Origin: an uncultured Nitrospinota bacterium
GTDB lineage: Bacteria > Tectomicrobia > Entotheonellia > J063 > CAVPRW01
Assembly: GCA_963707985.1 (NCBI GenBank)
Contig: CAVPRW010000023.1
Coordinates: 64,001 to 128,000, forward strand
Length of the DNA: 64,000 bases
Direction: 5' to 3'
The notes under the pieces were generated by a model. That model saw nothing but the letters and a program-made list of their open reading frames with translations, was not told where the DNA came from and did not search any database. A program made the position numbers and the translations under genes. This document shows positions 1-13,925 of the stretch, in pieces. How positions within the stretch are numbered: the first letter of the stretch is position 1; each line of letters opens with the position of its first letter.

Positions 1-3857
<3,857 letters not shown>

Positions 3858-3883
3858 GAAGAAACCGCCTCCGTTCCGCGCCT

Positions 3884-4223
3884 CTACGGCGCAAATGCGC
3901 GCACTGCTTCCTCTCTCGTGCCGTAGATGTCGAATATCCGGTGCATGCGCACGAGTTCGAAAACCGCCCGGACCTGTTTCGACATCCCGCACAGCTTCAA
4001 GTCGCCGCCCTTGGCGTTCAATTGCCGCAGGCAGGAGAGGAAGGCGCCCAGTCCGGAACTATCCACAAAGCGCAGCCGGCTCAGATCGAGCACCAGCTTC
4101 GTATTGGCCTCCAGCACAGGCGCGATGTCGCGCTTGAACTCTCCGGCGTTGCTGGCGTCCAGTTCCTCCACCGGCACGTGCCGCGACGGCCACGTCGCCT
4201 ATCTTGTCGACAGCGATTTCCAT
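3884..4223 (-). CDS. STAS-domain anti-sigma factor antagonist (RsbV/SpoIIAA-like), one frameshift near the 5' end
   Basis: LVLDLSRLRFVDSSGLG phospho-Ser motif; ATG at 4223 (MEIAVDKIGDV) lies in a different frame from ORF 3884..4177. Confidence 0.88.
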
Positions 4224-4244
4224 CGAGTCTCCCTCGTCCTCACG

Positions 4245-6684
4245 CTATGACTTGCGGATTTTTACCAGCGCAATGCAGTTTCTCCCGCGTTCATCGCGAT
4301 AGTATCGCACCTCATCGACGCTCTGGGTGATGAGGTAGACGCCGAAGCCGGACTCGCGCGAGCCATCGAGCGCTGGCGGGGCGACTGCCGACGGGTCGAA
4401 CGGGTCTCCGAGGTGATGCAGCCGGATCGAGACCTGGCCGGGGAAGGCTTCGGCTTCGAGGTGAATCCACTGATCGGCGCGGCCATGATAGGCATGCTTC
4501 ATGATATTGCTGGCCGCCTCGTTGACCGCCAGCTCGAGCGCCGCGACGCTGTCTTCGTCGAGCGGCGAACCCGGAAGATTGCGGCAAAAGTCGCGCACGA
4601 ATTCGCGTGCCCGGCGAAGCTCTTTGAGATCGCTGCGGATCTCGATCTCCGCATGCGCCAGGGGAAGCCGTTTTTGTACCACTTTGATGGCCACACAGGT
4701 CAGGTCATCGGTCAGCCGGTCCGACTCGGAAAAAGCGAAGACGGCTTTGCGGATGGCTTCCACCAACGCCTCCGGCTCGAGTTCGCTGTTGATCCGGACA
4801 CATTCCGCCAGGCGATCCACGCCAAACAGCTCTCCTGCGAGGGTTGCGCGCTTCGGTGATCCCATCCGAGTAAAAGAGCAACAGGTCTTCGGGCTCGAAA
4901 GGAACGGAGATCTGGTCGTAGATCTCTCCTTCGCGGATTCCCAGAGGCAGGTTGTCTCCGTGCAGCATCTCGCACAGGCCCGTCCTGGCGCGCCAGTGAA
5001 TAATCCCCGTGTGCCCGCAATCGACGAGGTCGAGGCTGCGTCGGTTCAGGTCCAATCGGGCGTAACACAGGGTCACGAAGCTTTCGAGATCGATCAGATG
5101 CCGCACCATGTCCGCATGGGCCAGCGTCACGATTTCTTTGGGCTCTGGAAGTTTGCCATTCCTGGACATGGCCATCAGGTGGCAGAGGGCCTCGAGGAAA
5201 TGGCTCTTGGTCGCTGCCCCCAGCAGCGCGGCGGGAATGCCCTTGCCCATCACGTCCGCGACGATCACATCAAGACACTGATTCTCGTGTTTGAAAAAAT
5301 CGTAGAAATCGCCGTCGATCCGCTGGGAGGGGATGGTGAGCGCGGCCACGCGAAGTCCGGGAACATCCCTTGGCGGCTGATCGAGCAGCAGCATCTGCTG
5401 GATCTTGAAGCCGATCTCGATTTCCCGCTCACGCGCTGCCGCGAGTTCCGCGCTAGCCGCCTGTTCGCGCACGAGTAGCTCGTCCTTGAGCTTGTTCGCT
5501 GCCTGGAGTTCGGCGGTTCGGGCCATGACACGCTGCTCCAATTCGGCATTGAGCGTGCGGATTTCCTCCTCCGCCCGTTTGCGCTGGGTGATATCCTGCA
5601 CCGTGCCGATGCCGTATACAGCGTTGCCGTCTTGGTCGAATTCCACCTTCGCTCGTTCCCTCACCCATTTTAGCTCACCACCCACCACAATGCGGTGCTC
5701 GATGTCATAGGCGGATCCATGCAGAGCGGCAGTCCACGCCCGATCGACAGATTCTCTGTCCTCGGGGTGAACTGTTGCAAGGAAGGCATCGTAGGTCAGG
5801 GCTGTTCCCTTGGGTACTCCAAAGATGCGGAATACTTCATCCGACCAGGTGAGTCGATTGTGGGTGACGTCCAGATACCAGCTCCCGATATGCGCGATCT
5901 CCTGTGCTCTGTTCAGGTTGGCCTCACTCTCACGCAGGGCTGCCTCAGCCCGATTCCGTTCGGTGATGTCTCGTGCAGCGGCAAACACACCGACGACCTC
6001 CCCGGTCTCGTTGCGGTAGACGGAGGCGTTGTACAAGACGGGGATCGTGTGCCCGTCACGGTGGCGGACCTCGAGCGTGTAATCGCGTACGAACCCTTCC
6101 CGGAACGCCTGCTGATAACCTGCCCGGGCCTGCTCTGGCTCGATGAAATAATCCGAGAAGTCTGTGCCGATGAGTTCTGCTCGTGCCTGGCCGGTGACCG
6201 TTTCCGTGGCGGCGTTCACGTCGGTGATCTTGCCGTCGTGACCGATGGTCACCAGTGGGTCGAGACTGGCCTCGATCAGGCTCCGGTTGTAGGCGCTCGC
6301 CAACCGCGCTGCCTTCCTCCTGGCCTCTGCCTCTGCAGCGCGTCGTTTTGTAGTGACTGAAAGGTGCCCGGCAGTCGACGCCGTGATGATAAAGGCGGCG
6401 AGCGCGACCCAATTTTGTGGATCAGCGATGGTGAGGGTATAGACAGGTGGCAAGAAGAAGAAGTTAAAGCCCAGCATGCCGAGCACTGAAGCAACCATGC
6501 CTGGCCCTCTCCCCCACCCGGTCGCCACGAAGAGCACCACCAGTAGCAACGCCAGTGCCACGGTGGTGTTATTCAGCTGGTCGCGAAGCGGCACGCAGAT
6601 GGCGATCACAGTGGCGATGCCCAGTATCGCTGATAGGTACCCTGCACCTCTGCTCGGCAAGATGCTGACCCATATGGCTTGCAT
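4245..6684 (-). CDS. membrane sensor fusion: DUF4118 (KdpD-like TM)-PAS-PAS-PP2C/SpoIIE phosphatase-HATPase_c (RsbW-like), one frameshift near 4850
   Basis: NFFFLPPVYTLTI..NW (DUF4118); two PAS/PAC repeats; GDFYD, ADVMGKG, YSDGITEA and DDLT (PP2C); LAVNEAASNIMKHAY and GFGVYLI (RsbW-type kinase). Confidence 0.87.
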
Positions 6685-7075
6685 GGCTCTCCTATGCCAG
6701 CACGAGCTCACCGGAATCAATAGTCTTGGGATACAAGAGTTCCAGCTGCAGCGCGAGTGCTGGAAGTACCTCACCTCACGTCTGGCCTCTAGGCTCGGCG
6801 GCCAGCGCGCTCTCACGCTGTCAGGAAGATCATACTTGAGATGGCAGACAAACGACAAGAGGCGCCCTCTATGAGCTAGCTGGCGACGTCAAGGTGCCGT
6901 GGAGTGAAACGCAAAAAGCTACAGATGCCATTGTAAACCAGGCTTGATCCGTGAAGGCAGGCTTGAGTGCCCTCACGCTCTCGTAATAACTGCTAACTGC
7001 TCCAGGCCGACGCGGCGCACATGTTTCCACACTTTATCAAATTGTCAGGCGATCGCGTCGTTCTTGATGACTTCC

Positions 7076-7142
7076 TTATGCAACCTGGCCATCTTTCTAC
7101 AACATCCTTATATCCCGCCCCCTAAATTATTTCCCAACGTCA
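7076..7142. promoter_or_regulatory. copy A of a 67-bp conserved intergenic element
   Basis: Ungapped alignment with 10081-10147 and 11154-11220; core TACAACATCCTTATATCC-N10-ATTATTT. Confidence 0.7.
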
Positions 7143-7271
7143 GTCGTTAGCAGCGCAATAATGGGCGCTCGCCCACAGATCGGTGATGTATGGTGCCAGG
7201 GAGGCATATCAATGTCGGTGAAAGGACGGAAACTTCGGCAGGCGCGACACAAACCCACGGATCACGGGAGA

Positions 7272-7895
7272 CTATAGCAAAGCAACCGGGGTTCGTATAA
7301 ACTCGAGAGGCATTGCGTCATATATTGCCGGTCCAAACATCCGAGCAAAGGGGGCAAAGCGACGTTCGGTCCGGGCGAGTATCGGCCGGATCCCACCGAA
7401 GGGATGACGGCGATTGGACATCTGCCACAGCCAGAGATCGTCTGCCGCAGTCGAAACTACACACGGCAAGCCTGTCCTCGTTGTCGCCATCGAGCCTATC
7501 GCGACAAGCAGGCACAGCGGACGCTGCACGATGTGGGCCATCTCAACTCGGGACGTCCGCGGGACCTGGTGGTCACGTATTCTCAGCACGACTGTACGAC
7601 GTGTCGCACATACTTCAACGCCGACTTGTCCGATCTAGCGCCCCCGGCAGCCACTACACGCACCATGTCATCACCCTGGCAGTGCGGGTCGTGGTTGAGG
7701 ACGGTTGGCCCTACCGTCCCACCAGTTGGCATCTCTGACGAGACCATCGCGTCTTCATCCCCGATGCCACGATTCAGAACTGGGTCGAGGCCTGGGGAAA
7801 AAAAGGCGCCGGGGGACATGCATGGCGCGTTCCTGGACTGGGCGCTCGCGGCGTTCTCGGGCGACGTGGCGGTCGATGAGCTCTATTTCGGTCCG
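7272..7895 (+). mobile_element. truncated, frameshifted transposase remnant (Zn-ribbon/HTH N-terminus, family unassigned)
   Basis: CPRC...CTTC Zn-ribbon, TIQNWVEA, and VAVDELY at the start of a DDE domain; ends abruptly before the next gene. Confidence 0.65.
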
Positions 7896-7908
7896 CCAGG
7901 AGATCGAT

Positions 7909-9021
7909 GTGTTTGAATCCGGATTGAAGCCTCTGCTCCTGATCCTCGCCGCACTGGCGTTGATCGGGCTCAACGCTCTGTGGGTCGCGGCGGAGTTCGC
8001 GATCGTGCGTGTGCGCCGTACTCGCCTGGAGGAACTGGCCGGGCAAGGCGTGGAGGCGGCCAAAAGCGCAATCGTTGTCGTCGATGGCATCAGTGACTAT
8101 CTCGCGCTTACGCAGATCGGCATCACCGTCGCCAGCTTGGCGGTGGGTTGGCTTGCCGAAGACGCCGTCACGCAGCTTCTGCGCCTGGTCCATCCCGCTG
8201 CGGTCCCCAGCGGCGGGTCTTACCACGTGGTCGCGGTCGCTGCCGCATTTGTCGTTGTGACGGTGCTGCATGTCGTTCTGGGAGAGCAGGTTCCCAAGCT
8301 GCTGGCGGTTCGGAACGCCGAGAGATACCTGTTGGCTCTCGCGCAACCCCTTCGCATTGTTCATCTCATTTTCAAACCGTGCCTGCGGCTTCTCGAGCGC
8401 GCGTCGACCTGGATCCTTCGCCGCATGGGGCATGGTGTTGCGACGCATGCGCCGCTCACGGAAGACGAGCTCAAGCTGATTCTGGCGGATTCGCACAAGG
8501 GCGGGATCGTCACCGACGGCGAGGCGGAGGTCATCCTGCGGGCCTTCGAGTTCGCGGACAAGCAGGCGGAGGAAGTCATGATCCCTGCCGAGAAGGTTTC
8601 GTACATCTCACTCGAGCGGAGCCTGGAACAGAACCTTGACGCGGCGCGAGCGCACATGCACGCCCGTCTGCCAGTCTGCCGCACCGGGCTCGATTCCGTC
8701 GTCGGGACGGTCAGCATGAAGGATGTCTGGCCGCTTCTTGAGCATGAGCATTCGAACGCCGCCTTCGAGCATGCTTGTCGCCACCCGATCATCATTCCCA
8801 TCGACTTCTCTCAGGAGGACATTCTGAAGGCCCTTCGGGCCGCCCGTGGACAGATTGGGATCGTTCGTGATCGCGCCCATGGCAAGACGCTGGGCATTGT
8901 CACCCTGGAAGATGTTCTCGAATCGCTTGTGGGCGACATCCGGGAAGCAAAGCCCTCCAGGGTTGTCGATCAAGGGAGCGAGCAGAGCAATGAGCATTCG
9001 CAACCGTCCACCGATCGCTAA
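7909..9021 (+). CDS. CNNM/hemolysin-family protein (DUF21 + CBS pair)
   Basis: NALWVAAEFAIV, HVVLGEQVPK, GIVTLEDVLE; GTG start preceded by AGGAG. Confidence 0.9.
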   Translation: MFESGLKPLLLILAALALIGLNALWVAAEFAIVRVRRTRLEELAGQGVEAAKSAIVVVDGISDYLALTQIGITVASLAVGWLAEDAVTQLLRLVHPAAVPSGGSYHVVAVAAAFVVVTVLHVVLGEQVPKLLAVRNAERYLLALAQPLRIVHLIFKPCLRLLERASTWILRRMGHGVATHAPLTEDELKLILADSHKGGIVTDGEAEVILRAFEFADKQAEEVMIPAEKVSYISLERSLEQNLDAARAHMHARLPVCRTGLDSVVGTVSMKDVWPLLEHEHSNAAFEHACRHPIIIPIDFSQEDILKALRAARGQIGIVRDRAHGKTLGIVTLEDVLESLVGDIREAKPSRVVDQGSEQSNEHSQPSTDR

Positions 9022-9110
9022 GCGAGGCCTAAAGTTCGTGCATGTATCACCGCTGCAACGTTCAGGTGTTCCCTACCTGCGTCTGCAGGACACACTATTC
9101 GGCGACAAGC

Positions 9111-9824
9111 ATGAATATTCCTATGGTCATCCTTGGTACCTTCATTCTGGCCTTCGGGAGGTTTGGGTTCAATCCTGGCAGCACCCTGGCTGGGACCGAT
9201 CTCCGCATTGGCATCATTGCCACGAATACCATGCTGGCGTCTGCCGCGGGCGCGGTGATGGCCATGATCTACATGTGGCTGAAGGTCGGCAAGCCGGATC
9301 CCACCATGATGGCGAATGGGATGCTCGCCGGACTGGTGGCGATCACAGCTCCCTGTGCCTTTGTCAACAGTACCGCGGCGGTCATCATTGGCGTGGTCGC
9401 CGGAGTGCTGGTCATAGAAAGCGCCTTCTTCCTCGAACGCAGGCTGAAGGTGGATGATCCTGTCGGCGCGATCTCGGTCCATGGCACCTGTGGGGCCTGG
9501 GGTGTCATTAGTCTAGGGCTGTTGGCGGATGGCACGTATGGTGACGCGTTAAATGGTGTGGCCGGCACGGTGCGAGGGCTGTTCTATGGCGACCCTTCGC
9601 AGTTGCTGGCTCAGTGCATTGGGGCTGCGACCAACGTCGCATTTATCTTTGTGGCCTCCACGATCTTCTTCAAAATACTCGACCAACTCGTCGGGAATCG
9701 TGTGCCGGCAGCGGTCGAGTTGGAAGGACTCGATGTGCCCGAATTGGGCGTGCCGGGCTATACCGAATATCTCCCGCGGCCCGTTGAGGGTGGTTATGGG
9801 GAGAATTCGGTGACTGCTTCATAG
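9111..9824 (+). pseudogene. amtB: ammonium transporter Amt, C-terminal half only
   Basis: GFNPGS, NGMLAGLVAITAPC, DDPVGAISVHG, ELEGLDVPELG; the N-terminal helices are missing. Confidence 0.85.
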
Positions 9825-10080
9825 AACCATGGTGGGGTCCCCCTCGAAAATGCTAGCCGACTCATGTTCATCGTGGTGGGTCCCACCATGGGACGGATAA
9901 TTCGCTTCAGACTGCAATGGTCTTGTCCCGTTCGCTCATCGCTGTTTTGTCCCAGAAGACCCCATCAAGGTGCAGCCCCTCCTTCCTCTACGCCTGGTAA
10001 TGGCACAGGCACGAATGAGGTGACAATATCGTATCCTACTTTGCTGCACTCATGAGGCTATGGAGTCTTTTATAATCTTC

Positions 10081-10147
10081 TGATGCTGCCTGACAATATT
10101 TTTACGACATCCTTATATCCTACTTAATATATTACTTTCCAACACTA
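10081..10147. promoter_or_regulatory. copy B of the 67-bp conserved intergenic element, upstream of PII-1
   Basis: TACGACATCCTTATATCC-N10-ATTACTTTCCAAC aligns without gaps to copies A and C. Confidence 0.7.
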
Positions 10148-10367
10148 GCCGAGTGTATCACCCAGGTGAGCGTTAGCCCTGAGTCGATCTTTGCACCGCG
10201 CCAGGGAGCCGTATGCATGTCCTAGGCGGGGTCTGTCCCAGGTATGGGTAAGCCTTGGTGCAGGTATATGGCCCAGGTGACCCTCCTGATAAAGCCCTAC
10301 CCCCAAGCGCTGTGCCGATAGGGAGAGAGGTGTTTCTGTTCGCTGCTCTTGGAGAAAGGGAGAAGCC

Positions 10368-10736
10368 ATGAAGCTGATCATCGCCGTCATTGGGCCTGAG
10401 AATTTGCAAGCTGTGGAGGCCGCTCTTCATAAACGAAAGGCGTGTCTGATGTCGGTCAGCCAAGTGCTGGGTGGTGGGCAGGAGCTGGGTTGCACGACAT
10501 TCTATCGTGGCGCGGAGTTCCATGTACGGCGACCCAAGCTGCGGTTGGAAATTACCGTAGACGACTGGCTGGCCGACGCAGCCGTTGAGGCCGTCGTCCG
10601 CGCTGGATCCACAGGTAACTCAGGGCAGAGCCGCGACTGTAAGGTCTGCGTGATGTCATTGGACGATTATGTGACATCTGCCATAACGAAGGAGGAGCAG
10701 TGGTCATCGCAGCACGACATGGAAGACCCCTGGTAA
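10368..10736 (+). CDS. atypical P-II family nitrogen regulator (PII-1)
   Basis: MKLIIAVI, YRGAEF T-loop, PKLRLEI, STG; non-canonical C-terminus. Confidence 0.82.
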   Translation: MKLIIAVIGPENLQAVEAALHKRKACLMSVSQVLGGGQELGCTTFYRGAEFHVRRPKLRLEITVDDWLADAAVEAVVRAGSTGNSGQSRDCKVCVMSLDDYVTSAITKEEQWSSQHDMEDPW

Positions 10737-11153
10737 CCGTGATGATCACGTGACAGACGGGCCGGTTTCCCTCCCCGAGGGGAAACCGCGGGCCAGGTGT
10801 TCTGCTGGGCATTACCCGCCGACAGGCCACGCGAAACGGCGTCTGATGCCGTAAGGTCTGCCGTATTTCCCACGGTAGAATCACCATACGGATTTACATC
10901 GGTCGCCCCCTTTTCGACAAGGTTCCCCCAAGCTCTACGGCAGCACGCCACGCGTCACCGCTCTCCTCACCCCAGAACTCAGAAGGGTGGGGCAGGAGAG
11001 GTGATGCGGCTCGCGGAGAAGTTTCTGGTGCCGATCCGGAGAGAGCTTGACTGTACTGCTGCACCTTGCTGGCGCGAAGGTCGCTACTGATGACATCGCC
11101 AAGGCTCTCTTGCTGAAACGTTGCAGCGCGAGCGTTGTCTTTTTATACCCGCT

Positions 11154-11220
11154 TGACGTGGCCAAGCCATCTTCTTACGACGCCTTTATATGCTGTTCTT
11201 TATATTATTACTCAGCGTCA
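11154..11220. promoter_or_regulatory. copy C of the 67-bp conserved intergenic element, bounded by a 9-bp inverted repeat
   Basis: TACGACGCCTTTATATGC-N10-ATTATT; CGCTTGACG (11150-11158) and CGTCAAGCG (11216-11224) are reverse complements. Confidence 0.68.
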
Positions 11221-11341
11221 AGCGCACACATCACCGAGGTGGCGGCGGTTTTGTCGCAGAGGGGCCTTTATCAGCAACATCGGTTTCAACGCGACCGCTC
11301 TGCACCTGGTTGCACTAGCCACTGACATAGGAGGCTTGGTC

Positions 11342-11842
11342 ATGACCACACTTCGTAAACCTGCATGGTGGCAATTGTATGCCCTGGTAGCCGTGCTGGG
11401 GGGACTGTTCATTGTGGAACGTCGCGCAGCCCTGGTGCCAGGCTGGCATATGGGGGTCCAAGCTGCCATCATCTGCGTGATGTATGGCCTTGTCTGGCGC
11501 TGGCTACAGGCCAGCGCCTCCGCGTTGATGGCAGCGCCCACGCTGTACTATCGCCACGACTATTATGGTGGCCACACCAATGACTGGGCCTATGCGACGA
11601 AGGTCGACGGCACAGCCTGGAACGGTGCACGGCCAGGTCGCACTTGGCCCACGGGGCGCATGGCAGTCCAATCGCAGGCGACGGTCACCTCGTCGGCTCC
11701 GAGCGTATCGGCGAGAACTTGGCCAGACCATCGCGTTTCCGCCCCAGGCCCGCGGCAGCCGTCGCTGGTTGTATGTCAGGCGGCAAGATGTCGGGTCGAA
11801 GCCGATGCATCCCACGGACCGAAAAACGGGGAGGCCGCGTGA
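11342..11842 (+). CDS. hypothetical membrane protein (two N-terminal TM segments)
   Basis: AGGAGG RBS before the ATG; hydrophobic WWQLYALVAVLGGLFIV and AAIICVMYGLVWRW. Confidence 0.5.
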   Translation: MTTLRKPAWWQLYALVAVLGGLFIVERRAALVPGWHMGVQAAIICVMYGLVWRWLQASASALMAAPTLYYRHDYYGGHTNDWAYATKVDGTAWNGARPGRTWPTGRMAVQSQATVTSSAPSVSARTWPDHRVSAPGPRQPSLVVCQAARCRVEADASHGPKNGEAA

Positions 11843-11966
11843 GATTGGGTCGGCGGGCCATAGCCTGCGGTGTCGATCGAAAGCTGCTCCACGGAGGCAC
11901 CAACATCACTGCGCGCGGTGAGGAAATTCGCGCCATTCGCGTTCGAGAGGGAGTACAAGAGTCTCC

Positions 11967-13385
11967 ATGCACGACAATGAGTTGTTCTTCGTCATCCCGA
12001 CCTACCGGCTGCGAGACGTCGGCGAAACCATTGAGCACTACGACGAGCATTTCTGGCGCAATGGCCACGCGGTCCGCATGCTCGTCTTCGACGATTCGAG
12101 CCCAGCCAATCAAGAGAAGTATTATCCCCTGCTGGAGCAGACCCGGACCCATAACGATGTCTACTACGTCGGGCCTGGAGAGAAGGAACAGTTCCTCGCC
12201 TACCTCAACCGGCGGCTCCGCGACAAGAGGGTGGAGCCGCTGGTCAAGGATCTGTTCCGGCCCAGCTACGGCGGCAACCGCAATTACACCCTGATGTACA
12301 CCCTCGGCGGGCTGATGGTCAGTGCCGACGACGACATGCGGCCCTACGCCCTGTTGGAGGACAGCCCCGAGTCGCTCGCCGAACATGAGGTCTGCCGCGG
12401 GCGGTTGTATAAAGCCGGCGAGAACGGCTATACGCGCAAGTCGTTCGATATCTTGGCGTCTTTCCTCGACGTGCTGGGCAAGCCAGCCGCCCAGGTGCCG
12501 GCCAACTATCAGCGCGGCGAGCTGCTCGTGGACACCGCCACGGACCTGGAGACCAACGCCACCACCGGGTTGGCTCGGGAGCACTCCTTGATGCTCCAGT
12601 GCGGGTCGGTAGCCGACGACGCGGTGGTGAAGATGGCCCAGACGTTTCGCTCGGGGACCAACGACATCGATGCCCTCGACTATGTGGACCTGTTCCTGGC
12701 CGACGAGCAGCAGACCAGCTTGGACGAGCTGAATGACGTCTACGTACTGGTGAACTTCCGCCCGGTGCTGACGAAAAGGAACTGGCGCATGGACTGTGGC
12801 GTGGCGGGCTACGACAACACCTTCGGCCTGCCGCCGTTCTTTCCCACCCGCCTGCGCTTCGAGGACTACATCTACCGCCTGTGGATTCAGCAGGACGGCA
12901 TCATCTCCGCCCACGTCGATGCGGCCCAGAACCATACCAAGAGCAATTACATGCGGAATCCGCCAGCCGCCGAGATCTTCAACGAGGAAGTGGCCAATCT
13001 GCTGAAGCGGAAGATCAAATCCACGGTCACCCAGCTCGACGAGCTGAGCATCGCGTTCGACTACGAAGGCGAGGTGACGGCCCAGGACGCCGACGAGATC
13101 CTGGGGAAGATCGTTGGCCTACACCGCCGGGCGGTGCAGGCAGCCGAGGTCGAGGGGAACCCGCAACGGGCCGAGGCGCTGCGCCTGTTCGCAGCGAACC
13201 TCGAAAAGGCGTTCTACGGGTTCGAGCCGGACTTCTTCCAGCAGAACCTGCTGCGAATCGTGGACGATGTCATCAGCGTCATCAAGGGCTCGATTGAGCT
13301 ATGGCCGACGCTGGTGGAGATCTGCTACTTCCACAAGAGCCGCAAGGGGCTGCCGCAGGTCCGGGTCAAGAACCAGAAGAAGTGA
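11967..13385 (+). CDS. uncharacterised 472-aa protein with GT-A-fold glycosyltransferase-like motifs
   Basis: Intact ORF with strong GC3 bias; FVIPTYR, LVFDDS, SYGGNRN, ADDD and RFEDY motifs. The function call is inference. Confidence 0.75.
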   Translation: MHDNELFFVIPTYRLRDVGETIEHYDEHFWRNGHAVRMLVFDDSSPANQEKYYPLLEQTRTHNDVYYVGPGEKEQFLAYLNRRLRDKRVEPLVKDLFRPSYGGNRNYTLMYTLGGLMVSADDDMRPYALLEDSPESLAEHEVCRGRLYKAGENGYTRKSFDILASFLDVLGKPAAQVPANYQRGELLVDTATDLETNATTGLAREHSLMLQCGSVADDAVVKMAQTFRSGTNDIDALDYVDLFLADEQQTSLDELNDVYVLVNFRPVLTKRNWRMDCGVAGYDNTFGLPPFFPTRLRFEDYIYRLWIQQDGIISAHVDAAQNHTKSNYMRNPPAAEIFNEEVANLLKRKIKSTVTQLDELSIAFDYEGEVTAQDADEILGKIVGLHRRAVQAAEVEGNPQRAEALRLFAANLEKAFYGFEPDFFQQNLLRIVDDVISVIKGSIELWPTLVEICYFHKSRKGLPQVRVKNQKK

Positions 13386-13483
13386 GTTGCTTAGATCACC
13401 CACTGGACAAAAGCATATTCCCCCGGCTACACGGGGTACGGGGTGAGTCGTTTCCGTCGGATGTCCTTGGAAAAGGGGTCGCC

Positions 13484-13858
13484 ATGAAGTTGATCATTGC
13501 TATCATTCGGCCGGAGAAATTGGCAGCGGTGCAGGCAGCTCTTCTGGAGCAGGAGGCGTGCCTGATGTCATTCAGCGAAGTGCAGGGTGACGGTCAGGAG
13601 CCCAGTCGTACGGGGATCTATCGCGGCACGGAGGTCAATGTCCGGTGGCCCAACCTGCGGTTGGCAATTGCGGTGGACGATTGGTGCGTCGAAGGGGCCG
13701 TTGAGATCATCCTCCGCGCCGCCTCCACCGGTGACGCAAAGCCGCTCGGTGACGGCAAGGTGCTCGTCGTGCAATTGGATGGATACCTGGCATCCGCACT
13801 CGCGAATGAGCAGTGGTGGCCATCCGATGCCGGTCGAGAAGACCCCTGGGAAGCCTGA
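13484..13858 (+). CDS. atypical P-II family nitrogen regulator (PII-2)
   Basis: MKLIIAIIRPEKL, YRGTEV, STGDAKPLGDGKV; paralogue of PII-1. Confidence 0.82.
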   Translation: MKLIIAIIRPEKLAAVQAALLEQEACLMSFSEVQGDGQEPSRTGIYRGTEVNVRWPNLRLAIAVDDWCVEGAVEIILRAASTGDAKPLGDGKVLVVQLDGYLASALANEQWWPSDAGREDPWEA

Positions 13859-13925
13859 TGATTAAGCGCACATGTCGGGACTGTTGTCTGCCCGCTAGAG
13901 CCATATTGGCCACAGGAGAATCATC

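Noticed and set aside
11685..12935. 416-aa minus-strand ORF (likewise 449..1081, 4501..5478, 27767..28837, 46555..47697)
   Set aside because: Antisense shadows of real high-GC genes, with no motifs of their own.
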